Positions 49,075-61,174 of a stretch of DNA of 64,000 bases are shown here, piece after piece. Both the position numbers and the translations under genes were made by a program. Source of the DNA: Convolutriloba macropyga. Taxonomy: Eukaryota. Positions within the stretch are counted from its first letter, which is position 1, and every line of letters begins with the position of its first letter. The stretch is from NCBI RefSeq assembly GCF_964194025.1, contig NC_134482.1:40734001-40798000 (forward strand), given 5' to 3'. The notes beneath the pieces are model-generated. The model did no database searches and was not told the origin of the DNA. It saw only the letters and a list, made by a program, of their open reading frames with translations.

Positions 49075-50070
49075 AGAACTTTTGGCTACGTTTCCAAACG
49101 GATCAATGTTTAAACTGGATTGTCTTTCTGCTAGAATATTTTCTCTAGCATCATGAAGTGAAGTGAGATGAAGTACAAGCACTTAGTGTCTCTGGAAGAG
49201 ATGAATAGGTAAGGCGGGAGATAGTTCCATTAAGTTCAATGCTTTCATTGTTGTTGCGATTGCCTGACATTTGAGATATCCATTTTACCTCCACCTAAAC
49301 GAAGTCCTGGTAACGCAAGGGATTTGCTGGAAAATATCCCCTGAAATTTTGTTCAATACTACCAAATACTTACAAAAAATTTTTGGAGAATCTCTAAAAG
49401 AACTTTTTTTATAAACTGGTTCTGTCGCTTAGGAGCGAAAAACGTACGCGCAGTTGTTTCCATAAGGTTTTAAAAAGCGTGTTGATGAGTTAAATTGTAG
49501 TTGATACTGTGATGATAACACGGTTAACAATAGCTTTTCTTCTGAATAAGCAACAAAAAAGAACTTTAAGTAAGCATGAGGATTTCACGAGACCATGTAA
49601 AAGTTCTGTCTTGCTCGAACAAGATTTATTCTGTTTTTTTTTTATATTTTGAAGCAGCAACTTTCAACTGGAGTAGCTAATTTGCTAATTTACGCAATAA
49701 ATCATTCCCTTTTTCAGGAGAACTTCTTCCTCACAGTCTTAAAACGGAATTTTTTGAAAATTTTTGGATTTTGTTTCGTTTTCAATTCCACGACAAGCCA
49801 AAATATTTTAATTGTTTCTGGTTGAAGTGTTGAATTCATTGTAGAGTTGAATTCTTTGCAAACTAAAGCCTTGTGTCTGTAGATTCTATATGAAATTGTA
49901 AATTTTCTGGTTGCTCAGATGTATTTTATATGATGGTAGGAGCGAGTGCAGCGAGATTTTCACGTTAGTTAGTTAGTGTAAATCATCGTTTGAAAAGTCT
50001 TTCTGATATCTGACGCTCCTCATTTTTATAGAGTCGTAAAAAAACATCCCTTTCGTCCTCTTCTCTACTA
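49075..50070 (-). pseudogene. Maverick major capsid protein remnant, copy C
   Basis: LMETTARTFFAPKRQNQFI; FQGIFSSKSL / NP region; LVLHLTSLHDA...LNIDPFGNV. Confidence 0.75.
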
Positions 50071-50359
50071 GTTGTTTTAAGGCGCTGAAGAAGTTGAAAA
50101 AGAAAACAACACGAAAAGAACGATTTAAAAAACACAGATGTTAAAGTCGCGTCTTAAAAGCCCATCACATTACAAAGATACTTTACGTTTACAATAAAAA
50201 AACATAAAAAGAAACCCCTTAAGTACAATTAGCCTTGTCGAAAATCTAGCCAATTCAAAAACAACAAAATGTGTTGATTTAAAAAGGATTCAAAGATTTT
50301 GTCGGAAAAAATAATAACTTGATGAGATTTAGACTTTATTTACAATGAATTTAAACATT

Positions 50360-50715
50360 TCACAAATAATTACTAATGAAATTTAGTAATCGGACATCAA
50401 GAACATAGGTCATGTTCGTTTGAAGAATAATAGATAGTTGAAACACAGCTAAAACATTGTATCTTTTTTTGATGCTGGCTTTTCAACTTTTTTTTATGTA
50501 AATGGTCGATATCAAGGACCTGCACAATTAACATTCTGTTGAATCGAGCAATCATTATCCAAAGACTTCCAAATTCACTACTTGAAGAGGCGATTATGAC
50601 AGCGCAGCTGAAGTTAAAGCTGACTTGGGGCACAATGTGCTGGAAAAGAACCAATATTCCCATATTTCTGATCTGCAATTCGCTCAACAATATGTCTGAG
50701 GAAAGTGCTACCTAT
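50360..50715 (-). pseudogene. Maverick protease remnant, copy D
   Basis: STFLRHIVERI...YGNIGSFPAH (G.FP.D motif) and CAVIIASSSSEFGSLWIMIARFNR. Confidence 0.75.
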
Positions 50716-51395
50716 GACAAACAATTTTTCTTTGCCGTTTTTTAATAGTATCGTTAATGCATGATCTGTAATTTTACAATCAAGCTCAAATGATTCGCTT
50801 TCTTCAAAAGCAAAAATTATTTGACGCTGTACCTCGTTCGAAGAAAACTTTGTTCGCTTGTTTGTTTTTGGCATCAGAGTCCCTATTGGATTTTTGATGG
50901 AACAAAATAATTAAATTGGAGATTAACAAAAGTTAGGAAACGTGAATCAGGGAATGATTTGAAGAAGCAAATGAAAAGTGAATGTTGATATTCTAAATCC
51001 CATAGATGTCCCATAAAACAATAATTCAAAGCCCAAAAAAACTAAAAATCAAAAAGTACAAAAAATCCTCCTTACAACAAAAATTGTCAGGATCTTTTGT
51101 CAACGGTTCCAAACGGATCAATGTTTAAAACTGATTGTCTTTCTCCTTGAGCATTTATTTAGTTCTTCCAAAAATCTTTTATAATTGAACACTTTCATCG
51201 CTGATTACATGAGAACAATCATTTTTTCCAGCATCTTGAAGTGAAGTGAAATGAAATACAAGCATTTAAGGTCTCTGGAAGAGATGAATAGGTAAAACGG
51301 GAGTTCGTTTCATAAAGTTTATTGCTTTCATTGTTGTTGCAAATGCCTGACATTTGAGACATATAGCTTTGCCTCCACCTCAGCGTAGTCCTGGT

Positions 51396-54300
51396 AATGC
51401 AAGGGATGTGATTGAAAATATCCCCTAAAACTGTGCATTACTACCAAATTTTTCTTTTTGTAGCGTCTTTAAAAACAATTTCCTTAATAAACTGGTTCTA
51501 ACCCTAAGGAGCAATAAACGTACGCGCAATTCTTTCCATAAGGTTACAAAAAGCTTGTTGATTACAAATTGGTTTTTCATAGCGTGATTATACACAATGT
51601 TAACAATAGCATTTCTTCTCAATAAGCAACAGCCAAGAACATAAGGTAAAACTTGAGATTTTTCAACAATGTGCTGGAGAGGTCCTGTATTCCCATTTTT
51701 CTGCTCAGGAATTCGTTCAACAATATGTCTCAGGAAAGTGCTATCTATAGCAAACAAATTTTTTTGCTGTATTTTGCAAGAATCTTAATTTATGATCTCA
51801 CTGTACATTCAAGATGAAATTATTCCTTTTCTTCAAAACGCAACAATTGTTTGAAGCTTTACCTCGATCACAAAAAAAAACATTCTTTGCGTTTTTTTTG
51901 TCATCAGAGTCAGTATGAGAGTTTTGGTGGACGAAGATACTTACAATATAGAGTACCAAATGTTGTACCAAAAAGTACAAAAATACCATAAAACAAATAT
52001 TGTCAGAGATTTTTGGCAACTGTTCCAAACGGATCAATGTTTAAAGTGGACTGTCTTTCTCCTAGAATATTTAGTTCTTCCACCGCGGGCCGAAAAACAT
52101 TTCTAACTGAATAATTTACCTCTGATTTTATGACAACGATTTTTTTTTCCAGCATCTTCAAGTTAAGTGAGGTAAAACACAAAACATTAATGGTTCTGAA
52201 AGAGATGACTGCGTAAAACTGGTATTCGTTTCATGAAGTTCGTTGCCATATTTGTTGCTGCGAAAGCCCTACATTTAAGACATCGATTTGACCTGCGCGA
52301 AGTTCTCGTAACAGAGGGGTTTGCTTGAAAATGTCCCTTGAAATTTAATTCATAACTACCAAATTTGTCCAATTGGAACATCGTTAAAATCTTTTCCCTC
52401 AATAAACTGGTTTTATCTCTAATGAAAATTAAACTTATGCGCAATAGCTTCCGAAAGTTTTTGAAAAACCTGTTGAGGAGTTAATTGGTATTTGATGGTA
52501 CGATGATAAACACCGTTAACAATAGGATTTCTCGGAATAAGGAACAGCCAAGAATTTTAAAGAAACGGGAGGGTTGTTCCCGACCATGTAAAAACTGTGT
52601 CGTTAACGAATAATTTTTAGTCTTTTTTTGTAATTGGAAGCAGCAAATTTTCAAGGGAATGCAAGGGATGTGATTGAAAATATCCCCTAAAACTGTGCAT
52701 TACTACCAAATTTTTCTTTTTGTAGCGTCTTTAAAAACAATTTCCTTAATAAACTGGTTCTAACCCTAAGGAGCAATAAACGTACGCGCAATTCTTTCCA
52801 TAAGGTTACAAAAAGCTTGTTGATTACAAATTGGTTTTTCATAGCGTGATTATACACAATGTTAACAATAGCATTTCTTCTCAATAAGCAACAGCCAAGA
52901 ACATAAGGTAAAACTTGAGATTTTTCAACAATGTGCTGGAAAGGTCCTGTATTCCCATTTTTCTGCTCAGGAATTCGTTCAACAATATGTCTCAGGAAAG
53001 TGCTATCTATAGCAAACAAATTTTTTTGCTGTATTTTGCAAGAATCGTAATTTATGATCTCACTGTACATTCAAGATGAAATTATTCCTTTTCCTCAAAA
53101 CGCAACAATTGTTTGAAGCTTTACCTCGATCACAAAAAAAATCATTCTTTGCGTTTTTTTTTGTCATCAGAGTCAGTATGAGAGTTTTGGTGGACGAAGA
53201 TACTTACAATATAGAGTACCAAATGTTGTACCAAAAAGTACAAAAATACCATAAAACAAATATTGTCAGGGATTTTTGGCAACTGTTCCAAACGGATCAA
53301 TGTTTAAAGTGGACTGTCTTTCTCCTAGAATATTTAGTTCTTCCACCGCGGGCCGAAAAACATTTCTAACTGAATAAATTACCTCTGAATTTATTTCAAC
53401 GAATTTTTTTTTCCAGCATCTTCAAGTTAAGTGAGGTAAAACACAAAACATTAATGGTTCTGAAAGAGATGACTGCGTAAAACTGGTATTCGTTTCATGA
53501 AGTTCGTTGCCATATTTGTTGCTGCGAAAGCCCTACATTTAAGACATCGATTTGACCTGCTCGAAGTTCTCGTAACAGAGGGGTTTGCTTGAAAATGTCC
53601 CTTGAAATTTAATTCATAACTACCAAATTTGTCCAATTGGAACATCGTTAAAATCTTTTCCCTCAATAAACTGGTTTTATCTCTAATGAAATTTAAACTT
53701 ATGCGCAATAGTTTCCGAAAGTTTTTGAAAAACCTGTTGAGGAGTTAATTGGTATTTGATGGTACGATGATAAACACCGTTAACAATAGGATTTCTTCGG
53801 AATAAGGAACAGCCAAGAATTTTAAAGAAACGGGAGGGTTGTTCCCGACCATGTAAAAACTGTGTCGTTAACGAATAATTTTTAGTCTTTTTTTGTAATT
53901 GGAAGCAGCAAATTTTCAAGGGAATGCAAGGGATGTGATTGAAAATATCCCCTAAAACTGTGCATTACTACCAAATTTTTCTTTTTGTAGCGTCTTTAAA
54001 AACAATTTCCTTAATAAACTGGTTCTAACCCTAAGGAGCAATAAACGTACGCGCAATTCTTTCCATAAGGTTACAAAAAGCTTGTTGATTACAAATTGGT
54101 TTTTCATAGCGTGATTATACACAATGTTAACAATAGCATTTCTTCTCAATAAGCAACAGCCAAGAACATAAGGTAAAACTTGAGATTTTTCAACAATGTG
54201 CTGGAGAGGTCCTGTATTCCCATTTTTCTGCTCAGGAATTCGTTCAACAATATGTCTCAGGAAAGTGCTATCTATAGCAAACAAATTTTTTTGCTGTATT

Positions 54301-56445
54301 TTGCAAGAATCTTAATTTATGATCTCACTGTACATTCAAGATGAAATTATTCCTTTTCTTCAAAACGCAACAATTGTTTGAAGCTTTACCTCGATCACAA
54401 AAAAAAACATTCTTTGCGTTTTTTTTGTCATCAGAGTCAGTATGAGAGTTTTGGTGGACGAAGATACTTACAATATAGAGTACCAAATGTTGTACCAAAA
54501 AGTACAAAAATACCATAAAACAAATATTGTCAGAGATTTTTGGCAACTGTTCCAAACGGATCAATGTTTAAAGTGGACTGTCTTTCTCCTAGAATATTTA
54601 GTTCTTCCACCGCGGGCCGAAAAACATTTCTAACTGAATAATTTACCTCTGATTTTATGACAACGATTTTTTTTTCCAGCATCTTCAAGTTAAGTGAGGT
54701 AAAACACAAAACATTAATGGTTCTGAAAGAGATGACTGCGTAAAACTGGTATTCGTTTCATGAAGTTCGTTGCCATATTTGTTGCTGCGAAAGCCCTACA
54801 TTTAAGACATCGATTTGACCTGCGCGAAGTTCTCGTAACAGAGGGGTTTGCTTGAAAATGTCCCTTGAAATTTAATTCATAACTACCAAATTTGTCCAAT
54901 TGGAACATCGTTAAAATCTTTTCCCTCAATAAACTGGTTTTATCTCTAATGAAAATTAAACTTATGCGCAATAGCTTCCGAAAGTTTTTGAAAAACCTGT
55001 TGAGGAGTTAATTGGTATTTGATGGTACGATGATAAACACCGTTAACAATAGGATTTCTCGGAATAAGGAACAGCCAAGAATTTTAAAGAAACGGGAGGG
55101 TTGTTCCCGACCATGTAAAAACTGTGTCGTTAACGAATAATTTTTAGTCTTTTTTTGTAATTGGAAGCAGCAAATTTTCAAGGGAATGCAAGGGATGTGA
55201 TTGAAAATATCCCCTAAAACTGTGCATTACTACCAAATTTTTCTTTTTGTAGCGTCTTTAAAAACAATTTCCTTAATAAACTGGTTCTAACCCTAAGGAG
55301 CAATAAACGTACGCGCAATTCTTTCCATAAGGTTACAAAAAGCTTGTTGATTACAAATTGGTTTTTCATAGCGTGATTATACACAATGTTAACAATAGCA
55401 TTTCTTCTCAATAAGCAACAGCCAAGAACATAAGGTAAAACTTGAGATTTTTCAACAATGTGCTGGAAAGGTCCTGTATTCCCATTTTTCTGCTCAGGAA
55501 TTCGTTCAACAATATGTCTCAGGAAAGTGCTATCTATAGCAAACAAATTTTTTTGCTGTATTTTGCAAGAATCGTAATTTATGATCTCACTGTACATTCA
55601 AGATGAAATTATTCCTTTTCCTCAAAACGCAACAATTGTTTGAAGCTTTACCTCGATCACAAAAAAAATCATTCTTTGCGTTTTTTTTGTCATCAGAGTC
55701 AGTATGAGAGTTTTGGTGGACGAAGATACTTACAATATAGAGTACCAAATGTTGTACCAAAAAGTACAAAAATACCATAAAACAAATATTGTCAGGGATT
55801 TTTGGCAACTGTTCCAAACGGATCAATGTTTAAAGTGGACTGTCTTTCTCCTAGAATATTTAGTTCTTCCACCGCGGGCCGAAAAACATTTCTAACTGAA
55901 TAAATTACCTCTGAATTTATTTCAACGAATTTTTTTTTCCAGCATCTTCAAGTTAAGTGAGGTAAAACACAAAACATTAATGGTTCTGAAAGAGATGACT
56001 GCGTAAAACTGGTATTCGTTTCATGAAGTTCGTTGCCATATTTGTTGCTGCGAAAGCCCTACATTTAAGACATCGATTTGACCTGCTCGAAGTTCTCGTA
56101 ACAGAGGGGTTTGCTTGAAAATGTCCCTTGAAATTTAATTCATAACTACCAAATTTGTCCAATTGGAACATCGTTAAAATCTTTTCCCTCAATAAACTGG
56201 TTTTATCTCTAATGAAAATTAAACTTATGCGCAATAGTTTCCGAAAGTTTTTGAAAAACCTGTTGAGGAGTTAATTGGTATTTGATGGTACGATGATAAA
56301 CACCGTTAACAATAGGATTTCTTCGGAATAAGGAACAGCCAAGAATTTTAAAGAAACGGGAGGGTTGTTGCCGATCATGTGAAAACTGTGTCGTTAACGA
56401 ATAATTTTTAGTCTTTTTTTGTAATTGGAAGCAGCAAATTTTCAA
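51396..56445. repeat. Four near-identical 1262-1265-bp units arranged A-B-A-B
   Basis: Unit starts aatgcaagggatgtg at 51396, 52658, 53923 and 55185; diagnostic variants alternate. Confidence 0.97.
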
Positions 56446-56815
56446 ATGAAATAAATCAATTGTTAATTTACCGCAAAAAAGGATTCCACTTTTCAAAAAA
56501 AATTCTTCCTCGCAGTCTAAAGCCGGACCTTTTTAAAGACTTCGGGTTCTGATTCATTTTCATATCAGTGAGAAGCCAAAATACTTTTGATGTTTCTGGC
56601 TGAAGTGTTAGATTCATTGCCAAGTAAACCTTTGTGTTGTTAGATGATATTTGTAAACTTGCTGTTTGCTCATTGCATTCTGAGTTTGGGAAGATTGAGT
56701 GCAGCAAGTTTTGCACGTGAGTTAAATACTGCGAAATCATTGTTTTTGAAAGTCATTCCGATATCCGACGCTCCTTATTTCCATAGAGTCGTTAAGAAAT
56801 CTTCCCTTTTGTCAA
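55790..56815 (-). pseudogene. Maverick major capsid protein remnant, longest contiguous copy
   Basis: YLTHVQNLLHSIF (NN.LHSLFS motif); FCGKLTIDLF; LGCSLFRR..VYHRTIKYQL; FKGHFQANP (F.G....NPF motif); CRAF..NF..IP...LFQNH. Confidence 0.8.
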
Positions 56816-57016
56816 GTGACTATAACTTGAAGAATTATATTTCNNNNNNNNNNNNNNNNNNNNNNNNNNNNNNNNNNNNNNNNNNNNNNNNNNNNNNNNN
56901 NNNNNNNNNNNNNNNNNNNNNNNNNNNNNNNNNNNNNNNNNNNNNNNNNNNNNNNNNNNNNNNNNNNNNNNNNNNNNNNNNNNNNNNNNNNNNNNNNNNN
57001 NNNNNNNNNNNNNNNN

Positions 57017-57860
57017 TAATATCTATCTGTTGTAATTTTAATTGAAATGCTAATTTCATCCAAAACATTACGGGAATCAGCTTCTTGAACATTCAATTCG
57101 TACCAAAACAGTAATTTTCTCAAGCCGGAAAGTGTACTTTCGAAGGTTGCTATCGATAGTATATATAGAGTTCATTTTATCCGAGAAAAATATCGTTTCC
57201 AATTCAACAATGTTGGATGATTTTTGGAAGATCTTCTCGATTAAGAGGTCATTTCTATATTCTTCCTACACATAATTGTTTACGTAAAGTCTTTTGTCCA
57301 ACATCCGTTGCAATGGATTTTTATTTTCTCCCAGTGCAAAAACTTTCTATTTTTAAAAAACGTTGCAATGGATATCAGTGGACTATCTTACAATGATTGT
57401 TTTGACAAATGAAGAACAAAAAAAATAGGAAGTCAACTCTGAACTGTTCTTTCTTCTAGAATGTCTTTACTCTAGTAAGCCTTTTTAATTGAAAGGCAGG
57501 CAGACTCTTAATTCTCTGTAAAAACAAAACCATAAAAACTGTTCCCTTGCAGCTTTTAAAGTTTTGAATCACAATATCTATTTGGCAGCAAATAGTTGAA
57601 GTCTTCCAATGAAGATCGGTCGGATTTGAAAACTGCTTTTGGACTTATTCGCCAGATTCTACATGAAATTTTACATGATTTTGTTGGGGCTGTAGAAATT
57701 TCAGCAGATCAGGGAAATAATTACCATTTTATGCTACTGCCATTCTCAATCTCCAGTCTTCTAAGACATGTAGCTTTATAATTATTTTGCCTTAACTTTT
57801 AAATTTGTTATTACCATATCTTTAAAGTAACTGATTGTTATTCAGTTGTCAATAGTTGCA
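57017..57860 (-). pseudogene. Possible Maverick minor capsid (penton) remnant
   Basis: GD(W)RMAVA..IIFP-like N-terminal motif (~57710-57760); FKKLI...DEISISIKITT C-terminal motif (~57025-57092). Confidence 0.5.
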
Positions 57861-57879
57861 GTAAAAAGAAGCATGACTC

Positions 57880-58300
57880 TGGTAGTTTTCGATTTTGAGT
57901 AAACTGAGAGAATATTTGATAGGGATTTGAGAAACTTTATGGATGAATTGTGTTGTGATATACACTTCTCTTACAGACCGACTCCAGGACAACATTTCTA
58001 ACAGTAGAGAACACTCAGGATTTGCATAAGATCAACTGCAGTAATCAGAAATTGATTACTCAGGTTCGCTGTATGTTATTGAGCAACATTGTCCACCTAC
58101 AACCGTAAACTTTGCCAAAAGTTCTTTAAAAAATTAGATCCTATCCCAGTAGTTTTTAAGGAGGAGGAAAATTTGGATGTCCAAAAGGCACTTGGTTAAC
58201 CTGTCAATGAAGATAATATCTGGGATTGTAGTAGATACCCTTGTCGGCACAAGAAAACACTCCGCTGCGCAAAGAAGAAAAATTATTCTTACGGAATTTG
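57880..58300 (-). pseudogene. Possible retroviral-type integrase remnant, large deletions
   Basis: VDNVAQ...QFLITAVDL and QFIHKVSQIPIKYSL resemble the Maverick integrase start and end; weak. Confidence 0.35.
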
Positions 58301-58599
58301 GTCTCCTAAACTTCTAGAAATATACAATACTGTCATATTGTACAGCACTCCAATTCAATTTTAAAATTGTCTTTGTTTTTCTACAAATCAGAGAAACAGT
58401 TCATCAGAAAATGAGTAAGTTGAAACATTTTTGTACAAGGGTTACACAGTTATTTTTGTTTCAATTGATTTGTTTTTTTTTAATATTAATTTTGTATTTA
58501 CTTTCTAAGGCAAAATTATACAGAGACACACTGTTTTGGCTATCCTTTTGGTTTGCTTTCTTTTTCATTTTTTGAGGCTCATGATTTTGTTTATTGTTT

Positions 58600-59080
58600 G
58601 CACTGTAATTCAAATGAACAATTTTTTCCTTCATCTCAATGATAACGTTTATATGACAGAACATACAGATAGAGGGCTAAATTTGGATGATTTTGACCCT
58701 TATGATGTTATTCAAGAAGGGAAATTGTGGATAGGTTTTTGGACTACTTGTAATAAAGAATTAGATCTTATTCGGTTTAATTTTTTTGTTATACGCCTAA
58801 TTTGGCTTGTTGAGTAGTTAGAAAAGCACTGGCAACAATTTGTTTAGGGAAAACGTTCATGGTTGCAAATTTTTCAAGTACAGTTGAATATAGTTTACGA
58901 TCACCTAAAATATGAATATGATAATTTCAAGAAGCGATAAAAAACTTGAATTAAACTTGGTCCAATGATATCTGGAAGATCTGATCTTAAGCATGAATGT
59001 AAAACGAGTAAAAAGATTTTGCTGAAACTGCAACCGCGAAAGGAAACGAAGTCTCAATGAGGAAATTTTAAAGAGCATTT
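58600..59080 (-). pseudogene. Possible packaging ATPase remnant
   Basis: RFLFAVAVS..FYSFY and KICNHERF..IVAS-like segments; Walker A not retained. Confidence 0.38.
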
Positions 59081-61174
59081 TAGTTGATAACAGTACCTAA
59101 AGATCAGATAGAGTGTTGGAAATTACTAATATTATTGTGCTAAAATCTCCTAGGGATGTTCTGCACGAACAACATTTAGATCACAATTGAAAGAATCGTA
59201 TACCAAAGCAGCCTCTATGCCTTACTTTAATATTGATTTGAATTTTAGATATGGATTTGACTCTCTTAGCACTCGGCGTTCTTCAATTTTGTAGTAATAG
59301 TGAATTACTGGACCAATATCCTCAAACTTTAACCTTCCTGAACACAAACCACAAACAACAAACTACGTTTTGTGTGATGAGGACACAACAATTGTACTCT
59401 GTGATTGTTCCAAAAACATTGAACTTCAAGACAATATTCCTAAGAAATAGTCCCAGAGTTTTTATACAGTTTTCACAATAATTCATTGTAAAACTGCTTA
59501 GAGCAATACTGCAGGAACTTCAAAAACAGGCGTAATAAGTATTGAGAGGAAATTCATATTGCTAACACTTTGAACAATTAGGTGGTAATGGACAAATTTT
59601 ACATTATTTTGTTGAGGCTGTAGAAATTTCAGCAGATCAGGGAAATAATTACCAATTTATGCTACTGCCATTCTCAATCTCCAGTCTTCTAAGACATGTA
59701 GCTTAATAATTATTTTGCCTTAACTTTTAAATTTGTTATTGCCACATCTTTAAAATAATTGGTTGTTATTCAGTTGTCAATAGTGGCGGTAAAAAGAAGC
59801 ATGACTCTGGTAGTTTTCGATTTTGAGTAAACTGAGAGAACATTTGATAGGGATTTGAGATATTTTATGGATGAATTGTGTTGTGATATTCACTTCTCTT
59901 ACAGACCGACTCCAGGACAACATTTCTAACAGTAGAGAACACTCAGGATTTGCATAAGATCAACTGCAGTAATCAGAAATTGATTACTCAGGTTCGCTGT
60001 ATGTTATTGAGCAACATTGTCCACCTACAACCGTAAACTTTGCCAAAAGTTCTTTAAAAAATTAGATCCTATCCCAGTACTTTTTAAGGAGGAGGAAAAT
60101 TTGGATGTCCAAAAGGCACTTGGTTAACCTGTCAATGAAGATAATATCTGGGATTGTAGTAGATACCCTTGTCGGCACAAGAAAACACTCCGCTGCGCAA
60201 AGAAGAAAAATTATTCTTACGGAATTTGGCCTCCTAAATTTCTAGAATTATACAATTTTTGTCATATTGTACAGCACTCCAATTCAATTTTAAAATTGTT
60301 TTGTTTTTCTACAAATCAGAGAAACAATTCATCAGAAAATGAGTAAGTTTGAACATTTTTGTACAAGGGTTACACAGTTATTTTTGTTTCAATTGATTTG
60401 TTTTTTTTAATATTAACTTTGTGTTTACCTTCTATGGCAAAAATATACAGAGACACACTGTTTTGGCTATCCTTTCGGTTTGTTATTCTTTTTCATTTTT
60501 TGAGGCTCATGATTTTGTTTATTGTTTGCACTGTAATTCAAATGAACAATTTTTTCCTTCATCTCAATGATAACGTTTATATGACAGAACATACAGATAG
60601 ATGGCTAAATTTGGATGATTTTGACCGTGATGATGTTATTCAAGAAGGGAAATTGTGGATAGGTCTTTGGACGACTTGTAATAAAGAATTAGATGTTATT
60701 CGGTTTAATTTTTCTGTTATACTCCTAATTTGGCATGTTGAATAGTTAGAAAAACACTGGCAACAATTTGTTGAGGGAAAACGTTCATGGTTGCAAATTT
60801 TTCAAGTACAGTTGAATATACTTTACGATCACCTAAAATATGAATATGATAATTTCAAGAAGCGATAAAAAACTTGAATTAAACTTGGTCCAATGATATC
60901 TGGAAGATCTGATCTTAAGCATGAATGTAAAACGAATAAAAAGATTTTGCTGAAACTGCAACCGCGAAAGGAAACGAAGTCTCAATGAGGAAAATTTTAA
61001 GCGCATTTTAGTTGATAACAGGACCTAAAGATCAGATAGAGTGTTGGAGATTACTAATATTATTGTGCTGAAATCTCCTAGGGATGTTCTGCACAAACAA
61101 CATTTAGATCACAATTGAAAGAATGGTATACCAAAGCAGCCTCTATGCCTTACTTTAATATTGATTTGAGTTTT

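Larger units (their letters stand above)
44356..51395. repeat. Four old, diverged ~1.6-2.1-kb tandem units of [protease - intergenic ORF - capsid]
   Basis: Blocks restart at ~44370, ~46430, ~48030 and ~50160, each with its own deletions. Confidence 0.85.

Noticed and set aside
51425-56496. Repeated 63-127-aa ORFs as functional genes
   Set aside because: They are chimeric frames crossing protease and capsid fragments and frameshifts.
58536-60745. Hydrophobic plus-strand ORFs (58536-58817, 60359-60745) as membrane proteins
   Set aside because: T-rich antisense of A-rich decayed coding DNA; TTG starts; the two copies disagree in frame extent.
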